A stretch of DNA of 64,000 bases from Yuukianura sp. NJ FZ-2021 (GCA_046563655.1 CM102290.1:12276001-12340000); one strand, 5' to 3'; shown: positions 1 to 14,613, counted from the first letter of the stretch. Notes: generated by a model from the letters alone, not told the origin. Program-made: numbers and translations.

Positions 1-2734
1 AACCAACATGATGCTAACATTGTTAAAAGAAACAAAATGTTAAAAGATGCTTACGTTATATGGTGTGGATGTGGTTATGTAAGGCGTAAATTTTTTGCCA
101 TGAGAAAACTCGCATTGCTTTGTGGCGTCAAACTTTTGACCCGGCAGTTTTCCATTTTTGTAATCAATTTCAGTACTTTCTCGACTAGTTTTAGACAGAC
201 ACACAGGAGGCGTGGCATGTTTACCGAGCATGTCTGGTGACCCCGATTTCATAAAGTCTTTCAGATTCTTGCTAGAACATTTTGACCAAGTCACCTTTCC
301 CGTACCGGTCGTAGGACTAAGATAAAAAAAATTTAAACCATTCTGAATTCACATTTGTCATGAGCGTGACCTCTGACCTCATCAGATACTTCTCGGCATC
401 GCAGGATTTGCATGTACCTTCGCCATCGTGGTCTATTCCCAGACCGTGCCCTAGCTCATGAGCCATCACGTAAACGGATCCAAGCTCAACCGCTTCACTG
501 TTCAAAAAGTAACATAAAATTTGACACAAATTCCACTTTTTCCAGGAAGTTCAACGTAATTTTTTGAAAATCTACCTGATGGAGCAACTTAAGTAACGCA
601 AGCACATAGTTCCCGCCCATGCCAAACCTGCAAGCATATTCGACCCGTCTTCTTTCAAATCCGATCCAGTGAGCAGGAGACCATGGTCCCACAGTGCGTT
701 GTTTTTGTTCAAACTTCCCGCGTATTCGCAAAAAGACGTCAAGTAGTCCTTGGCACTCTTTCCATTCTTCTTCATTTTACTGGGCAATTTAGTCATCACT
801 TCCAAGTGACACAACCTGAAAATCATTTCTGTTCCAAGCGATTTGTGCTCATAAATGATGTCAACCTAAGCAAATAGGTCAAAGGTCAACCGAAATTTAA
901 CACATTAATCAATAATTACTTAAAACTAGTTAAGTAAAACTTACTGAATTGACCACAGTCAGGACGTAGTCTTTGATTTTGGCATCAGTGCCTTTTGGGT
1001 ATCGGATTTTCATTTCATTATAAAACTCGGGATCCGTAAAAACGGCAATTTCGATGACAGACTTTTTTCCGGAAGTGCTCGCTTTTGAAGTTGCCTTCTT
1101 TCCGGAACTGCCCGAGTTCTTGGCCAACGGTTCCAGTGCTATGACAGAATCCTGTTCAGCCGTGACGAGCGGAATGACCTCTGCTTTTGTATGGTTCATC
1201 ACGTCCAATTGCCCTTGTTTAACAAGTTCGTTCATCGCCTCTTCCTCGGCAGCTTTTGCGTCTTCGGCTGCTTGTCGTTTCGCCTCCTTCAGTTTCTCCT
1301 GCGGTACATGCAGTTCTGTGATCAAAAGTTATTTATTACTATGCACGGCAGCATTTATGTAAAGCATAAGTTACGGTCAGTGGACAGGTCATTTGCCCCT
1401 GCTGCTCTCCGAATGCGATGATGTGATTTCTTTGTTGTGGGATTCTCTGTTTCCGGAAGTGGCTCAATCAACCAACCTCCGTCACTCGTCATAATCAACC
1501 CACTCTACAAAAACGACCAATTTCATTCAATTTCCAAGATCTACTCAAACTACTCCCGCCAATCTTCGCTCGACTTTTTTTTAGGAAATGCACAAATCCA
1601 GTACGCGGAAAGAAATGTAAAATTTTTAGTCAATTCTTAAAAGTCCAAAATTCCACGGAATTCGGAAACGGATTTTCTTGCGACGGTGTAATAAAACGTA
1701 TCTGGACTTACAACTTGACCTTGTTCACCACACATGGAAATGGCCACTTTGGAATCTGGATCGGACTTGACGACGCCTGCGTACAGACAATCCACGGTGA
1801 CGTTCAAATGTTCCCGGACAACCGTGTCGCCATCTTTGATCACAATTCTGGAACAGCATTGGACCAAAATAGAATAGAATAGAATGCAAAATTTAATTGG
1901 TAAAGCATTACTTGAAGTCAGATGTAGTCAGTGACCTCGAGGTCACATGGATTTCCATACTTTCATTTTCACATCTCCCGCCATTTATTTCAAAAATATG
2001 GTAGTCTCCTTCTCCCTTTGCAACGTTTACAGCTCTCCGCCTTCTTGGAGTCAAAAAGTTAACTTCCACAATTTCTCCGGGTGGATCTGCTCCGTCCCAC
2101 CAAAAAAAAGCAGTTTCAATTGACAAATATTTTTAACATTTCGGGAAAGTTTGAATTTTGCTTTACGCTTGATTATAGACTTACAATTTGACGCTCCAGA
2201 AATTACGGACTTTGAATCCTTGTAAACGACTGCACTTATCACGCCCTGGTCACAAAGAAACATTCTGATTCAAAATTTGGAGAAATTTTTGTGACTAAGT
2301 TTCAAAATGCAAAACCAGAATACAAAACTACGATATGACAATCAATCGTACAAATCTTTTCAACAATAATTTTTGTTCGTAAACGCTATAAAAATATTCC
2401 GACCTAACGAATGTCAATTGACGCTACAAGAAATCAACAAAAAATTCTAAAATTCAGGACATTAGTAAAAAAAAAAATTTTTTTTTTGACGTTCAAATCG
2501 AACAACAATTGAGCATGCAATCAAATTCTGTATCAAGCACATTGCTGCTACAACTAAAATCTACGAATTTGTTTTTCAAAAATTTTCATTTTTTCTGAAA
2601 ACAAAACTTAAAACCACAATCTTAAAATTTCAACACGGAAAAAACTGGCTGACCTGTTGTATTTGACTCTGCTGTCCCAATAGAAAGCAAATGAAAATCC
2701 AAGTTGTTGTAGAGACTATGGTTCTAATTCCCAT
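1..2734 (-). CDS. ADAMTS-like reprolysin (M12B) zinc metalloprotease; multi-exon, 3' end lies beyond the left edge of the window
   Basis: Signal-peptide exon MGIRTIVSTTTWIFICFLLGQQ (ATG 2734). Prodomain CLYAG..VAISMC. IEIAVFTD, YLTSFCEY and GLAWAGTMC segments. Zinc motif HELGHGLGIDHD (~430-465), Met-turn YLMSP, TWSKCS, and the start of a disintegrin-like domain LPGQKFDATKQC. Confidence 0.88.
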
Positions 2735-3641
2735 ATTTCCGAAGTTTTTTACAAAACCCGGTGACCTTATGACCCCGCACTCGGAAACTTTTCTAAAAAC
2801 AGTTTTCCAGGAACTTCAGCGTCTTCTACCTCTCAGTTCCAAGTCTTAATAAAACACATGTCAGTTTGATGTTTAACTATAAACTTCGTAAACCAGGGGC
2901 AGCTTTCCATTTCATGTTAATTAAATAACAAAAACCAACTCAAATTAGGCTATCCAAATTCAAATCTCCATGTTTCAGTATTTCCTGTCAGCAGTTTTTC
3001 CAATTTATGTTCTAACAAAACATAACTTTAAAATACTGGATCAATCAAAACTGGCCAAAATCGTACAATAAGGATTGAAGTTATTCAAGGCCATCGGTTG
3101 ACCATCACGAAATGCCAAAGACTAGTAGAAAAAATTCATAAATTGCAGCATAGAATCAAATGAAGGAAAAAAACTAATATAACAAGCCGAGTTTAGTGGT
3201 TTCTACAATGGTCACCAAAATTTTGAAATTATAAAGTCTTTAAAAAAACGACAAATTATTGTAATTTTGGAAACGTTTCGTGTAACATGGAATTCTGTTG
3301 ACTAACGACTTGACTAAAGCTTAATTTACGTCATAACCTGTGGACAGTGACATTGTCCGATGTCAAGGATACATCCAAAGTCATAGAGTTTCAGCGAAGG
3401 TCGTCCTATGCCACGTGGGTAAACTTTTTTTTTAAAAAAAAAAACCTGGCATTTCATTTTCAGATTTTGAAAATAAATCAAAACTGAAAACTTCTTTTTT
3501 TGAAAATCATAATACAAACATACATACTACAACAGCATAATGGTGAAGGCGGTGTCCAAACGTCCGCACTGTCCATTATTCGCAATGTAGTGGACATTTA
3601 CCCACCATGTCGCCCCAAAGCTACTCCAGAAGCTGGGGTTT

Positions 3642-3899
3642 CAAGGTTGCTATAGCGGCTATTCCTACAAATTCTGTAACAGGTTATGCCATAACTCCAA
3701 TTTAAAAAAAAAACTCGAAAAACAACTTTTGTTTATTTTCATAATAATCTTTCGAAATTTTCTAATTTTCCCGCTGCTGAGCCATAGATTTGATTTCGAA
3801 TTGAGTCGCGTGAGATGTACGGTTCAAAGGTTTGAAAAAAGGAGTTGTGGCATAACCTGTTAAGAAAAAACAAACACAATTTCGAGTTAAACAACCTCG
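3642..3899. mobile_element. Degenerate MITE of the CAAGG-terminus family
   Basis: Begins CAAGGTTG. Internal inverted repeat AACAGGTTATGCCATAACTCC (~3678) / GGAGTTGTGGCATAACCTGTT (3841). The right end and TSD are decayed. Confidence 0.55.
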
Positions 3900-4318
3900 G
3901 GGTTACTAAATGTAGCACAAAAACACGAAGAATCATAAGATTTGAAAACTTCAAATATTGGCATCACATTTTGCAAGTACAGAAAACTTGCCAATACTCA
4001 TGTTTACCTTCCGAAGTGTGACCTTTTACTCTGCATACGAGTTTGAAAGACCCTGGTCTCATGGAAGTTTAACTTGTGATTGATTTTTATTTTTCCAAGT
4101 TAGTTGAAATATGTTTCATCACAAAACTCGTAACTGAAAAAATTAATTTTGGAGAATTATATATTACTCTTGAAAATATGTTTAAGATTATAACCAGAGA
4201 AAATAATCTTAGTTTTCTCAAGAAAGCCCCAGAATCCCCTTGTCGCCCTTTCTAATATTTAGCTTGTCTTAGAAAGTGAGTTGTCTCGGCTCACTCGTAC
4301 GAATACGCAAAGCCTACA

Positions 4319-7114
4319 TTAATTTATCTTGAGTGCAAGAACTACGTCGTCATAAAGCCCAGAAGAAGCAGAGTTGAGGGTCGGTCGTCGCTTGGCCGGT
4401 TTCTCAGGTGACTTCTTGCTCGGGGACTGCCCGGGAGTTGAGGAAGATTTGGATACAGTTTGAACCGGTTTGCTTTCAGGAGTTGAAGTTCCATTCAGAT
4501 ACGGTTGTTGACGGCCTTTTAGTTGTTGTTGGGCGGTAGATGGAGACATGGCGCTCACAGCAGACGACGGTCCTGCTTTTTCGTCAGCAGAAGGCAATTG
4601 ACTATCATTGCTTCCCTCCTGTGGAGTCAAATGTGGGGACGAGGAGGGAGACAGTGGTGGACTATGCTGCTGGCTTTGGCTCGAAGGTGCATGCACTGGA
4701 GAAGGGATAGTGAGAGCAAGAGGTGTCGTCACCTCAGCACCAGCCCCAGACAAACCGTTCTTCATCTTTCCCGTGGCCTTGGCATAGTGAATCACGGATT
4801 CACCCAGACCGTTGTTGTTGTTGTTAGTGTTGTTGTTCCCGGAGGCCCTTCGCTGTTTTTCTTGTACAAAATCCGGAAACATGGGTTTACAGTCTCGGCA
4901 GTAGAATTTCTTTGGGACGTTCGCTTTTCGGAGTCTAGCACAGCTCATATGATGCCAGACGAAACAGTTCTCACATTCAATCATCGGGCGTCCAGCGAAT
5001 GGCTTTCCACAGAAGCAGGTCACTTCGTCCCAACTCTCATCTCGATCATCATCTGAAACCAGGAATGTAGTTGGATAAGTGACACTAATAAATACAAATA
5101 CTTAACGTAGAAAGTGATACTTAACATACCGGGATAGAATAGATTGGAACCTTGACTACGACGCCCATCCAAATGGGATGAAGTGCTCGATGCACTTGAA
5201 TGAGTTCCTTCACGTGACTCTCCAACACTATTGAGTGGACTTGAAGTTTTCCGTTCTCGGCGTCTCCCGCCTTTCATTCGGTTTTCGTCAACTTTCCCTC
5301 CTCTTGTTCCATTTTCGTCTTGACGGCTTTGATTCGGTCCAGGAACAGTCTCAGCTCTGAGTCTGGGAGGAGTTCCTGATGCAGCACCAGCGGCCGCCGC
5401 CGGAGGACATTCAAGTTTAGGGACCTTCGGTTTACGTCCGGGCTTATTCTTAACAGTTGGAGTAGTGGTTACAACAATTTTACGCTTCTGTGGTGGTCTT
5501 GCAAATCCAGTAGCCAAATCAACCTTGCTTCTAGGAGTGGGCTTAACTTTTCGTCTCCCTCCGAGTGCTTGAGTGATGGGCTTAAACTGAATAAGGATTG
5601 AATAGGTTACTAACGATACAAAATATAAGTAAAAAGAAAATATTGTGGAGTTAACTTACTTCGTCGTGAAAGCCTTCAGGGTAGTTTGTATAGTTGAGGA
5701 TGATGTTGCAGAAATCTAGGAGAGTGTTATTGTTGACAGGTTCAGGTTGGAATTGCTTCGGTGCTGGTGATGGTGGCGGTTGCTGCTGTGGCTGTTGTTG
5801 CGCATGCATCGACAAGTCCTGTGCCTAAACACAAGTAAGTTATGATAAGTTCAAAAGAGCGACAGTTTAACCTCGGAGTAAATTAAAAATAAAGCATATA
5901 CAAATACGGATGTGTCACCGGCATTGCTATTGAATACCAAATGCTAACTTGTAAACTCTCTGTGTCCATTCCTCCTGTTCATAAATGTTATAAAGTTTAG
6001 TTGGATTTATTACCTGCTGCTCGGAATGATTTTGATTTGCACTTCTAGTAGCAGAGATAGATGGAAGTGAATCTTGTCGAAATCCGTCGACTTTCTCAAA
6101 TGTATCTGTAAAAGACAAGAAACAAGGTAAATCCAAGGCATTTGTAATTTGTTTATAAGCTTGTTTGGGGTTTTGTAAAAACGCACATTACAATAAGGTG
6201 ATTTAGCATAGAAAGTGAAGTCAAAATGAACATTCATCTTGGGAATTTCGTCTTGATTCTAATCAAAATTCGATTATCGGTTATTACCATGCCTTATTTA
6301 CTTTGATTCCCGCAGATATAGCCTCGTTATATAACTATTTGGCTACTCATGTTAAATGTCAGAACCTGTGAAATATATGGTATGAGGAATATACTTACTT
6401 ATGCTCATCCGTTATACGGCAATGTCAGTCGCTAAATAACAAAGTCTTTAAAATTCTCAAAACTAAAATAAATATTTATATGGCCTAGAAGTCTATAAAA
6501 CTAATAAAGAATTTACTACCTTTGTCTTTGGTATGAATTGCCTCATTAAATTCCCTCACCTCAATATAACCTTCTACTACTGACAACTTGTCAGAGACGT
6601 GTCAAGTGTAATCGTTCCTTTTGTCCCCTCAGCTGACCTAGGAAGTTAGGTTAAGATGGGATAATAGCGCAATGGATGGTAAAGGATGCCTCCGCATGGT
6701 TCAGAGTAAACTTTAGATGATTAACCACAATGTTAATTATTTCACGAGGATACCATTTACGCACAAATACAGGAAAGCAAGAATGTTATAAACCAAATGT
6801 ATAGTTTTTCTAACCTGACCCACGACTGGCTACGCCGTTGGTAATAGCCAAATTGATCGGTTGAGACTGAATCATTGGACCAGCCGAATAGTTTGGACTT
6901 GCTGAAATATAAGAAACCAAAAATAAATTCAAGTTATAATCCCATTCGCTCTCGATAATCCAAATATTTCTCAAGTTATTAGCCACAACTGAACCAATAA
7001 TTAGCCAGCTGAGGCTCGTTTGGTAGCACAAGACGACATAAACTTACCTCCATTCCCGTTTCCTCCTTGAATAGCCGGAGGCATGGCTGCTGCTGGAACC
7101 GTAAAGACCTGCAT
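4319..7114 (-). CDS. PHF13: PHD finger protein, PHF13/PHF23-like (about 6 coding exons)
   Basis: PHD finger [45 protein letters not shown] is close to the PHF13/23 signature. N-terminal [14 protein letters not shown] resembles the PHF13 DFxxFCxxVLxYxxY motif. The 5' exons 7114-7048, 6901-6815, ~6106-6014 and 5825-5660 splice in phase. PHF13 and PHF23 cannot be distinguished here. Confidence 0.85.
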
Positions 7115-8715
7115 ATGTCCAATATATGCATCAAAGTTCAGCCTGGTCTGTTTCCAGTTGTTATATCTTTGTCGAAGTTTGAGTTCGTTTTAGCCCTTAT
7201 TGATGTCACCGTCCCCGTCAATTTCCAACCGATAGACCAATGGCGCCTACAGATCAACAACGAATTTAGACTGGATAATGAAGTTAGGATAGTTGTCACT
7301 GGACCAAAGCCTCGTCCATCGTGTGTTACTGATGGGCCTTTTCCTTTTCAGTGCTCAATTTTGAACTGCATGCAGTTGTATTAACGAATGGAAGATGTGT
7401 GTGTGATGGATCTGTGAGTTCTGGAGGCTGGGGTGTCCTGGGGTAGTGGAGTAATTGATGGTGACGATTCTGGATGTAGTTTATGAATTAGTTTCGGACT
7501 AGTTGGTCCATCCTCGTTCTTTGGAGTACTCTATCCTTCTATTTCTGCTGCTGCTCTTGATCCTTTGTAATGGAGATGAGTAGCAGGAAGTATAGTAGTG
7601 GTAGTACCTAGTACTACTTTGTTACGTTTCTAAAAAGAGGAGACGATGAGGGAACAATAGAATTCCAATGGGATCCCCTATATGCAAAGCAGGAGAGAGA
7701 AAAACGAAATCACCCACTGCCTCGCAATCCCCGTTGAGCTGAGCCAGTCCAAGGATACCAACTCAACCAGGGTTCTGCAGCACCCACAGCAACACCAACC
7801 AACGGACAAACGTCCACATTCTCACTGCATTCCACAGTTTCCAGGGGAGTTGTCCATTTTGTAGGTGGCTTGGTGAAAAGCAAATGCTTTTTGGTCTTAA
7901 CTTCACTACTAAGCTTCGCTAACTAATCTTAAGCTAAATTTCGCTAATTTACTTCTACACATTACGGCCAAAACCAAGTTAATAAACCAAACGTACTAAA
8001 ACCAAAATTAAGTTTTTCTTTAATTTTTTTTTCGATGCCTAAAATTGTATGTATTTTTTTGAACATTTTTGAATATTTTGACTTCTGTATTTTTTCTTTT
8101 TTCGACTTCTAGTAAATAATTGAAATATTAGACTTGTCCTACTATTTTACGTACTATTCGACGTAAATTTTGGAATTCTGTTTACACGTTTTAATTTTTT
8201 ATATAAAATGTACCAAACGTAGCATTTCGTCAGTTTACTAAACCCACTTATTTACCTAGAATAAAAATGAAATCGAATAAATTTTTACGTGTAAATAATT
8301 ATTGTCTAAATAATTGTGGAATTTACTGTGTTATGTAAAAAGAATGCAAGATCCGCAACGTTTTTTTAAATCGACACAAAAGTAATTTAATTACTCCATA
8401 TATTCCTAGTTATAAAAAAACGAAGAATTTAAAACCATCTACAATCTACCACCAACATTAACCATCTACATCAGTGTCAAACATTATACCTTATTTAGCT
8501 GAATTTTACCGTCGATCTATTCCCATTCTAGGATAATGTAGGCTTCTAGAAAGACGAATGTATGATTTCTATTATAATAGTTTTAAGTCAATCGCCTTAA
8601 TATCAGCTTTAATCTTCATAGAATTAAGATAACAGTTGAGGCATCTCTTGGTGTAGCAGGTTCACACAAGAAACTAACGGTACATACTGTATTCGGGATT
8701 GGAATACCCTGCTGC

Positions 8716-8830
8716 ATGACGTCACCCCACCAAAAAACCTCACTTCGTCTTCCCCTCTTGTTCAGAGGGAAATCCGTTCGAGGCCTCTTGGTGTCTCCAG
8801 GAACTTTATTGCATGGAGTCATGACGTCAC
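8716..8830. promoter_or_regulatory. Two perfect CRE palindromes (TGACGTCA) in the intergenic region upstream of the PHD gene
   Basis: ATGACGTCACC at ~8716 and 8821, with AGGTCA/TGACCT half-sites nearby (8901-8940). Function is untested. Confidence 0.3.
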
Positions 8831-9720
8831 CTACCCTCCAAATGCCCAGTCTATGCCCTACCTATGGTTACCTGGTTACTAGAACAGGTTACGGTCATCC
8901 AGGTCAAACATTCCTTCAGGTCACCTCTCCCATTTGACCTTTGCTTAACCTAATTCATGTTACATCAGTTTCCACCGATTTCAACAACCAACGGAGTGTT
9001 TATGACACATTTCCGCTTTAACCTTACTTCAATTTGTAGCGTCTAATAACTTCTTTTAGTGGAGTAAATGACAATGAAATTGTTATTGATTATAATATAT
9101 AAATTTTATTACTTGTTTTATCGGAAAGTTTCCTATTGTTAAATCATTTCTACCATAAACATAATACTTATTTAGCTAAAAACATACTTTCCCGTATCAT
9201 TATCGTCCCTCTCGTTATTAAACATTCTACTCTCGTCCAAGTCATCATCCGAAACTATAAAACGTGTGACTAGAGAGGTCATCTCTCACAGGGAGCCACC
9301 TTGACCAGCACAATTGGACTCCACGTCGACGGAAGTCACAAAAATATAATTACTTTTAACTTAACCTACAAATTTCAATAGTTTAGAGCCTAAAGGAAGG
9401 CAGAAGAATTAAAAGAAACAACAGTGGATGGGAAGAGACAAAATATTACTAAAAATGTTAGACTAATCTTAAGATGTCCGGCACTAAAATATTTCGAAGA
9501 CGCTGAGTAGCCTTGTCTGGGCAGCATATACTCCTCCCTCCCAAAAGTGCCCATTTCGTTTTACAATTTCATAGAAACAAGGTTTATAAATTCATTTTTA
9601 CCATTTCGTTATTTTTTTTTTTGAATTATGTTCAAAATAGATTCCAAGTCTTTCTGATCACATTTTGTGGGAAGGAAACGATGAGCTTAGTTGTGATTGA
9701 TTCGTTTTGTTGCAGTGTAG

Positions 9721-12627
9721 TTACGGTTTGGAGGGGAGGAGCCCTTTGCTCTCCAGAAAGGCAGCATTACTGGGTTCTCGGCCCAAGAAGTTATGGAGCA
9801 TGTCCAGAGCATCCATGGATCCTCCTGGTTCCAGAATGCAGCGACGGTAGTGAAGGCCGACTTCCGGATCAATGCAGCCAGTCGTCTCAAATGTGCTTTT
9901 GTACATGTCCATACTGAAGACTTCGCTCCACTGAAAACAGCAAAAAAAACAAAATCACAATCGTTCTTCAAAATTTTTAAAAGCGACGTATTACGCGGTT
10001 TCTTACCAAGTAGCTGTAGTATCGGCCGCTGTAGCCGACTGCAAGGTGATTAAAGTTGGCAGACATGTTGGTTCCCGGGATAGCATCAATCCCCATGCAA
10101 TCCTACAAATAACGACACACTAATTAATAGATCACAGTTTTACGAAAGTTAATTACAAGTTATCAATTGGTTCAGCTAAGTAAAGTATTTTTCTTATATT
10201 AATAACATCATAAAGTTGTTTACCTTAAGGATTTTTGCATAGACTTCCTGTGTGTCACACCGCCCGCCACTGTGAATCTGTTGGTCAAAAATGGCAAGCA
10301 CAATTTGACGCAAATTGAGTGCTGCCATATTAGCACGACGAGACTTGACCAATTTTTCCATCAACTCGGGTGGCATCGGTCGTCGAGTCTGCGTATTAAA
10401 ATTTTTGCATGTACTAAAGATGTACTAAAAAGTACTAAGAAAACTATAGTCTTATTTAAAAAACACATACCGCGTAGTGCGATGCAATCAGCCGAAGAAC
10501 TTCCGGATGCCAAACCCAGTTTTCGAAAACTTGCGACGGAGCTTCCACGAAATCCGTTTCCACCCGAGTTCCAAAGAAAAAGGCTGTCTGAGCCTTGGAG
10601 CACACGGTGTGCATCAAATGCCCGAATTCATGAAAATACTGCTCCACCTACAGGAAAAAAAAAGTTTTTTAAACGTACATTCTCTTCATTTTGAGTTTTA
10701 AAGTGTCCCTTTACCTCTTTGTGGTCGAGAAGAGACGGTTTGCCCAGCTTTGGTCGACTGAAATTAGTCAACATCGCCACAACGGAACACTGCCGACGTC
10801 CCAAGGCATCAATACATCCCATTTGGAGAGGAACACAGCAAGCATGTCCGAACTTTCCAGGACGCGGGAACAAGTCAAGGTAGATGTAGCCAATTCGCAC
10901 TTTTTCAACTGTGTCATTCACTCGGTACTATAAATTCACAACATGTTAGCTTTTTAGCATAGAGCAAGAACTAAACTCAACTTCAAACTTACAACAATGA
11001 CATCCTCGTTCCAGCGTTGAGCATTTGGCATGAGTGTGAACTTGAGATGCAACAATTTCTCAAAAACGCGAAGCATTCGGCGAGTAACAAACTGCAAGGG
11101 GAAGTACTCCGTAACTTCGTCCTGCACGACTGTAAACATTTCCTCTTCCACAAGTGTCACGTAGTAACGAAAATCCCAGAACTCAATCTTGTTGTCAAAT
11201 GGAAAATCAAATCTCTCACACTGCAAATAACAAGAAATTAAGAATTAATTAACAAATTAACAATTTAACATTAATCTTCTCCGTGAGCATCGTACCTCAG
11301 CCTTCTTTAATTCCAGCATGCGTGCTTTTTCTGTCTCCCAGACTGGTTTCAGTTTCTTTGTCAGTTCCAGCAAAAACTTCTTAACATTGTGTGGATTTTT
11401 GGCCATAAGAACATCCTGTAATAACCATAAATTGAAACATTAGTGTTAAATGTACATAAAAGGCGGAAATTCGCATGAAAAGGCAAGTTCAAACCTGCGT
11501 GAAGGCAGCATGATTTTCATATCCCAGCAGCTCCGCTTCCTTCTGGCGTAATTCCAAAATTTCTTCAAGGAGGTCCGTGTTTTCCGGAAGACACTTGGAC
11601 TGGTAATAATTTTCCATGACACGACGAGTATTTGGAACTCGGCATTTACGCGTAATTGGAAAGAAGTGATGCGGCTTCAAGGTCACAATGTACTTCTTCG
11701 TTGCGTTGTCCTAAACAACCAAAATTTCCTAAATTTACTAAGACAAGAAACGAACTGATAATGCATACCACTTTCAAGCTTTCGAAAAATGAGTACGGCA
11801 TTCCATCCAGTTCCTAAACACAGAAAATAATAAATAAAAAAACGTTGTAGTAACTTCATTTGTCTATAAAATTTAAATTACGAAAAAATAGTAGAAGTTA
11901 CCTCAAAGTCGAAGAGTACAAAAGACTCCTCCTCAGCCAAGTTCCGAGTAAACGCAAGTTGGAGTTCAGTCATTCGTTTTTTGATGGATTTAATCTGATT
12001 CCGGACTTTTTCATCAAGATGGAGTCCTGTAAAACCAAGATTCCAAATAAGAATTACACATGATTTGTAGTGGATGCAAAAACGAATATGACAGAACCGT
12101 ACCGTTTCGCATTCCGTTCCGGATCATGTGGTCCAGAGTTCGGATGTACTCTGATGTGAGATTATCTCGTCTGCAATAGCGCTCCCTGTACTCCACCAAC
12201 TTGTCAAAGACGTCTTTACGCATGCTCATCTCCACATTGGCTTCATCGAGAAGGCGCGTAGCCTCAACTGCGGCGTCACGAATGCGTTGGCTCTCCGAAA
12301 CGTGTCGTGGAAAGGTGACCAATGATCCTGCTGCGAAACTGTATCGCTGGACCTCCAAAAGTGGCTGAAAATCAAAGAAAAGAGAAGTTAGAGCTTGAGC
12401 TTTTAGTTTAAGGTATGATTTGGTTAGTAGATTACCCGCATGATTGTTTCGTATGAGAGTGACTTCGTGAAGGCAATGTCGTTGTAAATCCTTCGGGTTC
12501 GAGCGATGATGTCGTGAGTTCGATTAAGGATTTCCTCGACTGTGTAAATTCGAAGGTCCCAGTTGTGGTAAACCCCGTTCGGCCGAATTCCACAGGAATC
12601 CCAGGCTGGCATTTGGCGCATCATCAT
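9721..12627 (-). CDS. THOP1: Thimet oligopeptidase / neurolysin-like M3A metallopeptidase (multi-exon)
   Basis: [10 protein letters not shown] zinc motif, [72 protein letters not shown]. First in-frame ATG is at 12627. Confidence 0.92.
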
Positions 12628-14613
12628 GGAAATGATGCAGCAGCAACGCAGAAAAGTGATCCACAGCGACAGAAATGTTGTCCACGAAACGAGCAAGAAG
12701 AAAAGACGACTCCGCGACGTAGCTTGACTCAACACTGAAGAAGGCGTTCTTTCATTTACAATGTTTGTTCATAAGTATCGCTCACTCAACAATTTTCGTT
12801 GTCCTAACAACCACAATCACTTTAACATTCACTGAGCAGAAGGATGATTATTGCTTTGTGTGATTAGTAATTATAATTGATGTAGTCACCCTTTTTAGTT
12901 CAATGACCACTACTACGGCTTTTGCTGTCATTCTTCCAGAAGTTAATTCCGAATTACTCAAATTAATAGTTGCATCGCATTTCGTTGCTTGAAATTCGGT
13001 TCCCGGTGGTTGTGTAAGATGACAACAGCTGCTGAAAAGTATAAATCATATTTTCGTTAAGACTGCTTAGATAAATAAGTGCAAGGTATTTTGTGAGTTA
13101 CAGAATTACCGTACATAGCAGTAAGGTAGTTATATTGAAGCAAGCGATCTATTAGCGGCTTAAAACAGTGTTGATTGAAAGTGATTTGGGTATCGGAGCT
13201 ATTGACAATATAACTCCTCCACCCTCCACTTCCGCATAAACAGTTGATGCTGGAACAGTGAAACCAAGTACTTAATTAGTACTTAATTTAGTTAGTGTCT
13301 TTGATTAACTTCCCCCTGCTCCTCCCAACCTTATGAAACAAACAAACAAACCTGAGAAATGCAACTGCGAAGTTGTTTTCAAAGTCTCAAGCACATGGTC
13401 TCTATCCGATTGTTTTCATTCATCCAAAACTTGACATCAGGGAGATAACAAGATTCAGACATTTGCGCATCAAAACAGAATTTTATAATCCGTTAGGTTA
13501 TACCACACCTACTAGACTGGTAACTTGTTAGTGTAACAAAAAGTTCAGTTGTGTAACACAACTGAACATAATTTTTGAGATACTACTTACTTGCATCAAT
13601 CAACCCAGATAATTTTATAATACTACTTTATTCAAAATTAAATAATAATTTAGTTTTCTGCTACACTAATTTTTCGTACAAAAGTGCAACTGTCTAACAA
13701 AGAAATGTTCTCGGACTCTAGTCAAGGTCAAGGTAATCAATGTTCTGGATTTGTCCGTCTGTCACAACAAACACATTATTACACGGCAATTTATGAACCA
13801 AAATCATAATTTCCGACGATTGTTTAGTTTGACACTGTTAATTTGGCATGTTTCAAATTATTACCATGTCTTAAACTAACAATTTCCATAATATCCATTT
13901 TTAGTGTCAAAAAAATTCATGACTTCCCTTTAAATTTTTAAAAATCCGACTTTCAAAAGTTTTTTTTTTTGGTTTGCTGTAAATTGGTTTATTTTTGTTA
14001 TGCTCACTGGAAACTCATTTGAACAAAATTAGAATTTTGGGGTGTATCGGATCCCCAGATTAAGGTATTAAGGTTGTGATAGAAAAGTGAGCAAAACTCA
14101 GAAAAAAATGAATTGAAAAATTAATTGACTTGCTATCGTATAAAGCTTTGAAAAAAAAAGAAAGTTCAAGTATTGCAAAACTTAAAGTTAGGTTTGGTAA
14201 AACGTTACCACACCTAATCATTGAAATACTACCTCAAATTTATGGAGTCTGAGCAACTGTTTAGATGTGATTTTTAAGAATGCGAGGAGTCCGAGCTGTA
14301 CAATCCTAGGAATGCGAAGTGACAAAAAAAAAGATCTGATGAATCCGAAATCCGACGATTAGTCAGCCACTGTGGGTTGAATTAAGGTGGCGATGGGAGA
14401 TGGTTAATCTCACTGCCTTGTTGTGAATCCTGTGCCTCCTGTTCGAATGCCGGCTGATTAAAAAAAGTTTTGATCGTTTTGTCCAGTCGGAGTAAGTTCC
14501 TGTAGTCAATTTAAGCAATAAGCTTGACACTGTCATCAACATGCTTGTCACATTCTTGCTTTTTAAGACGCAGCACTAACTCTGTTTACTTAATTTCTAG
14601 GTGGACTATTAAA

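Noticed and set aside
4523..5056. 177-aa plus-strand ORF, and similar antisense ORFs over other exons
   Set aside because: These are shadow ORFs opposite well-supported coding exons.
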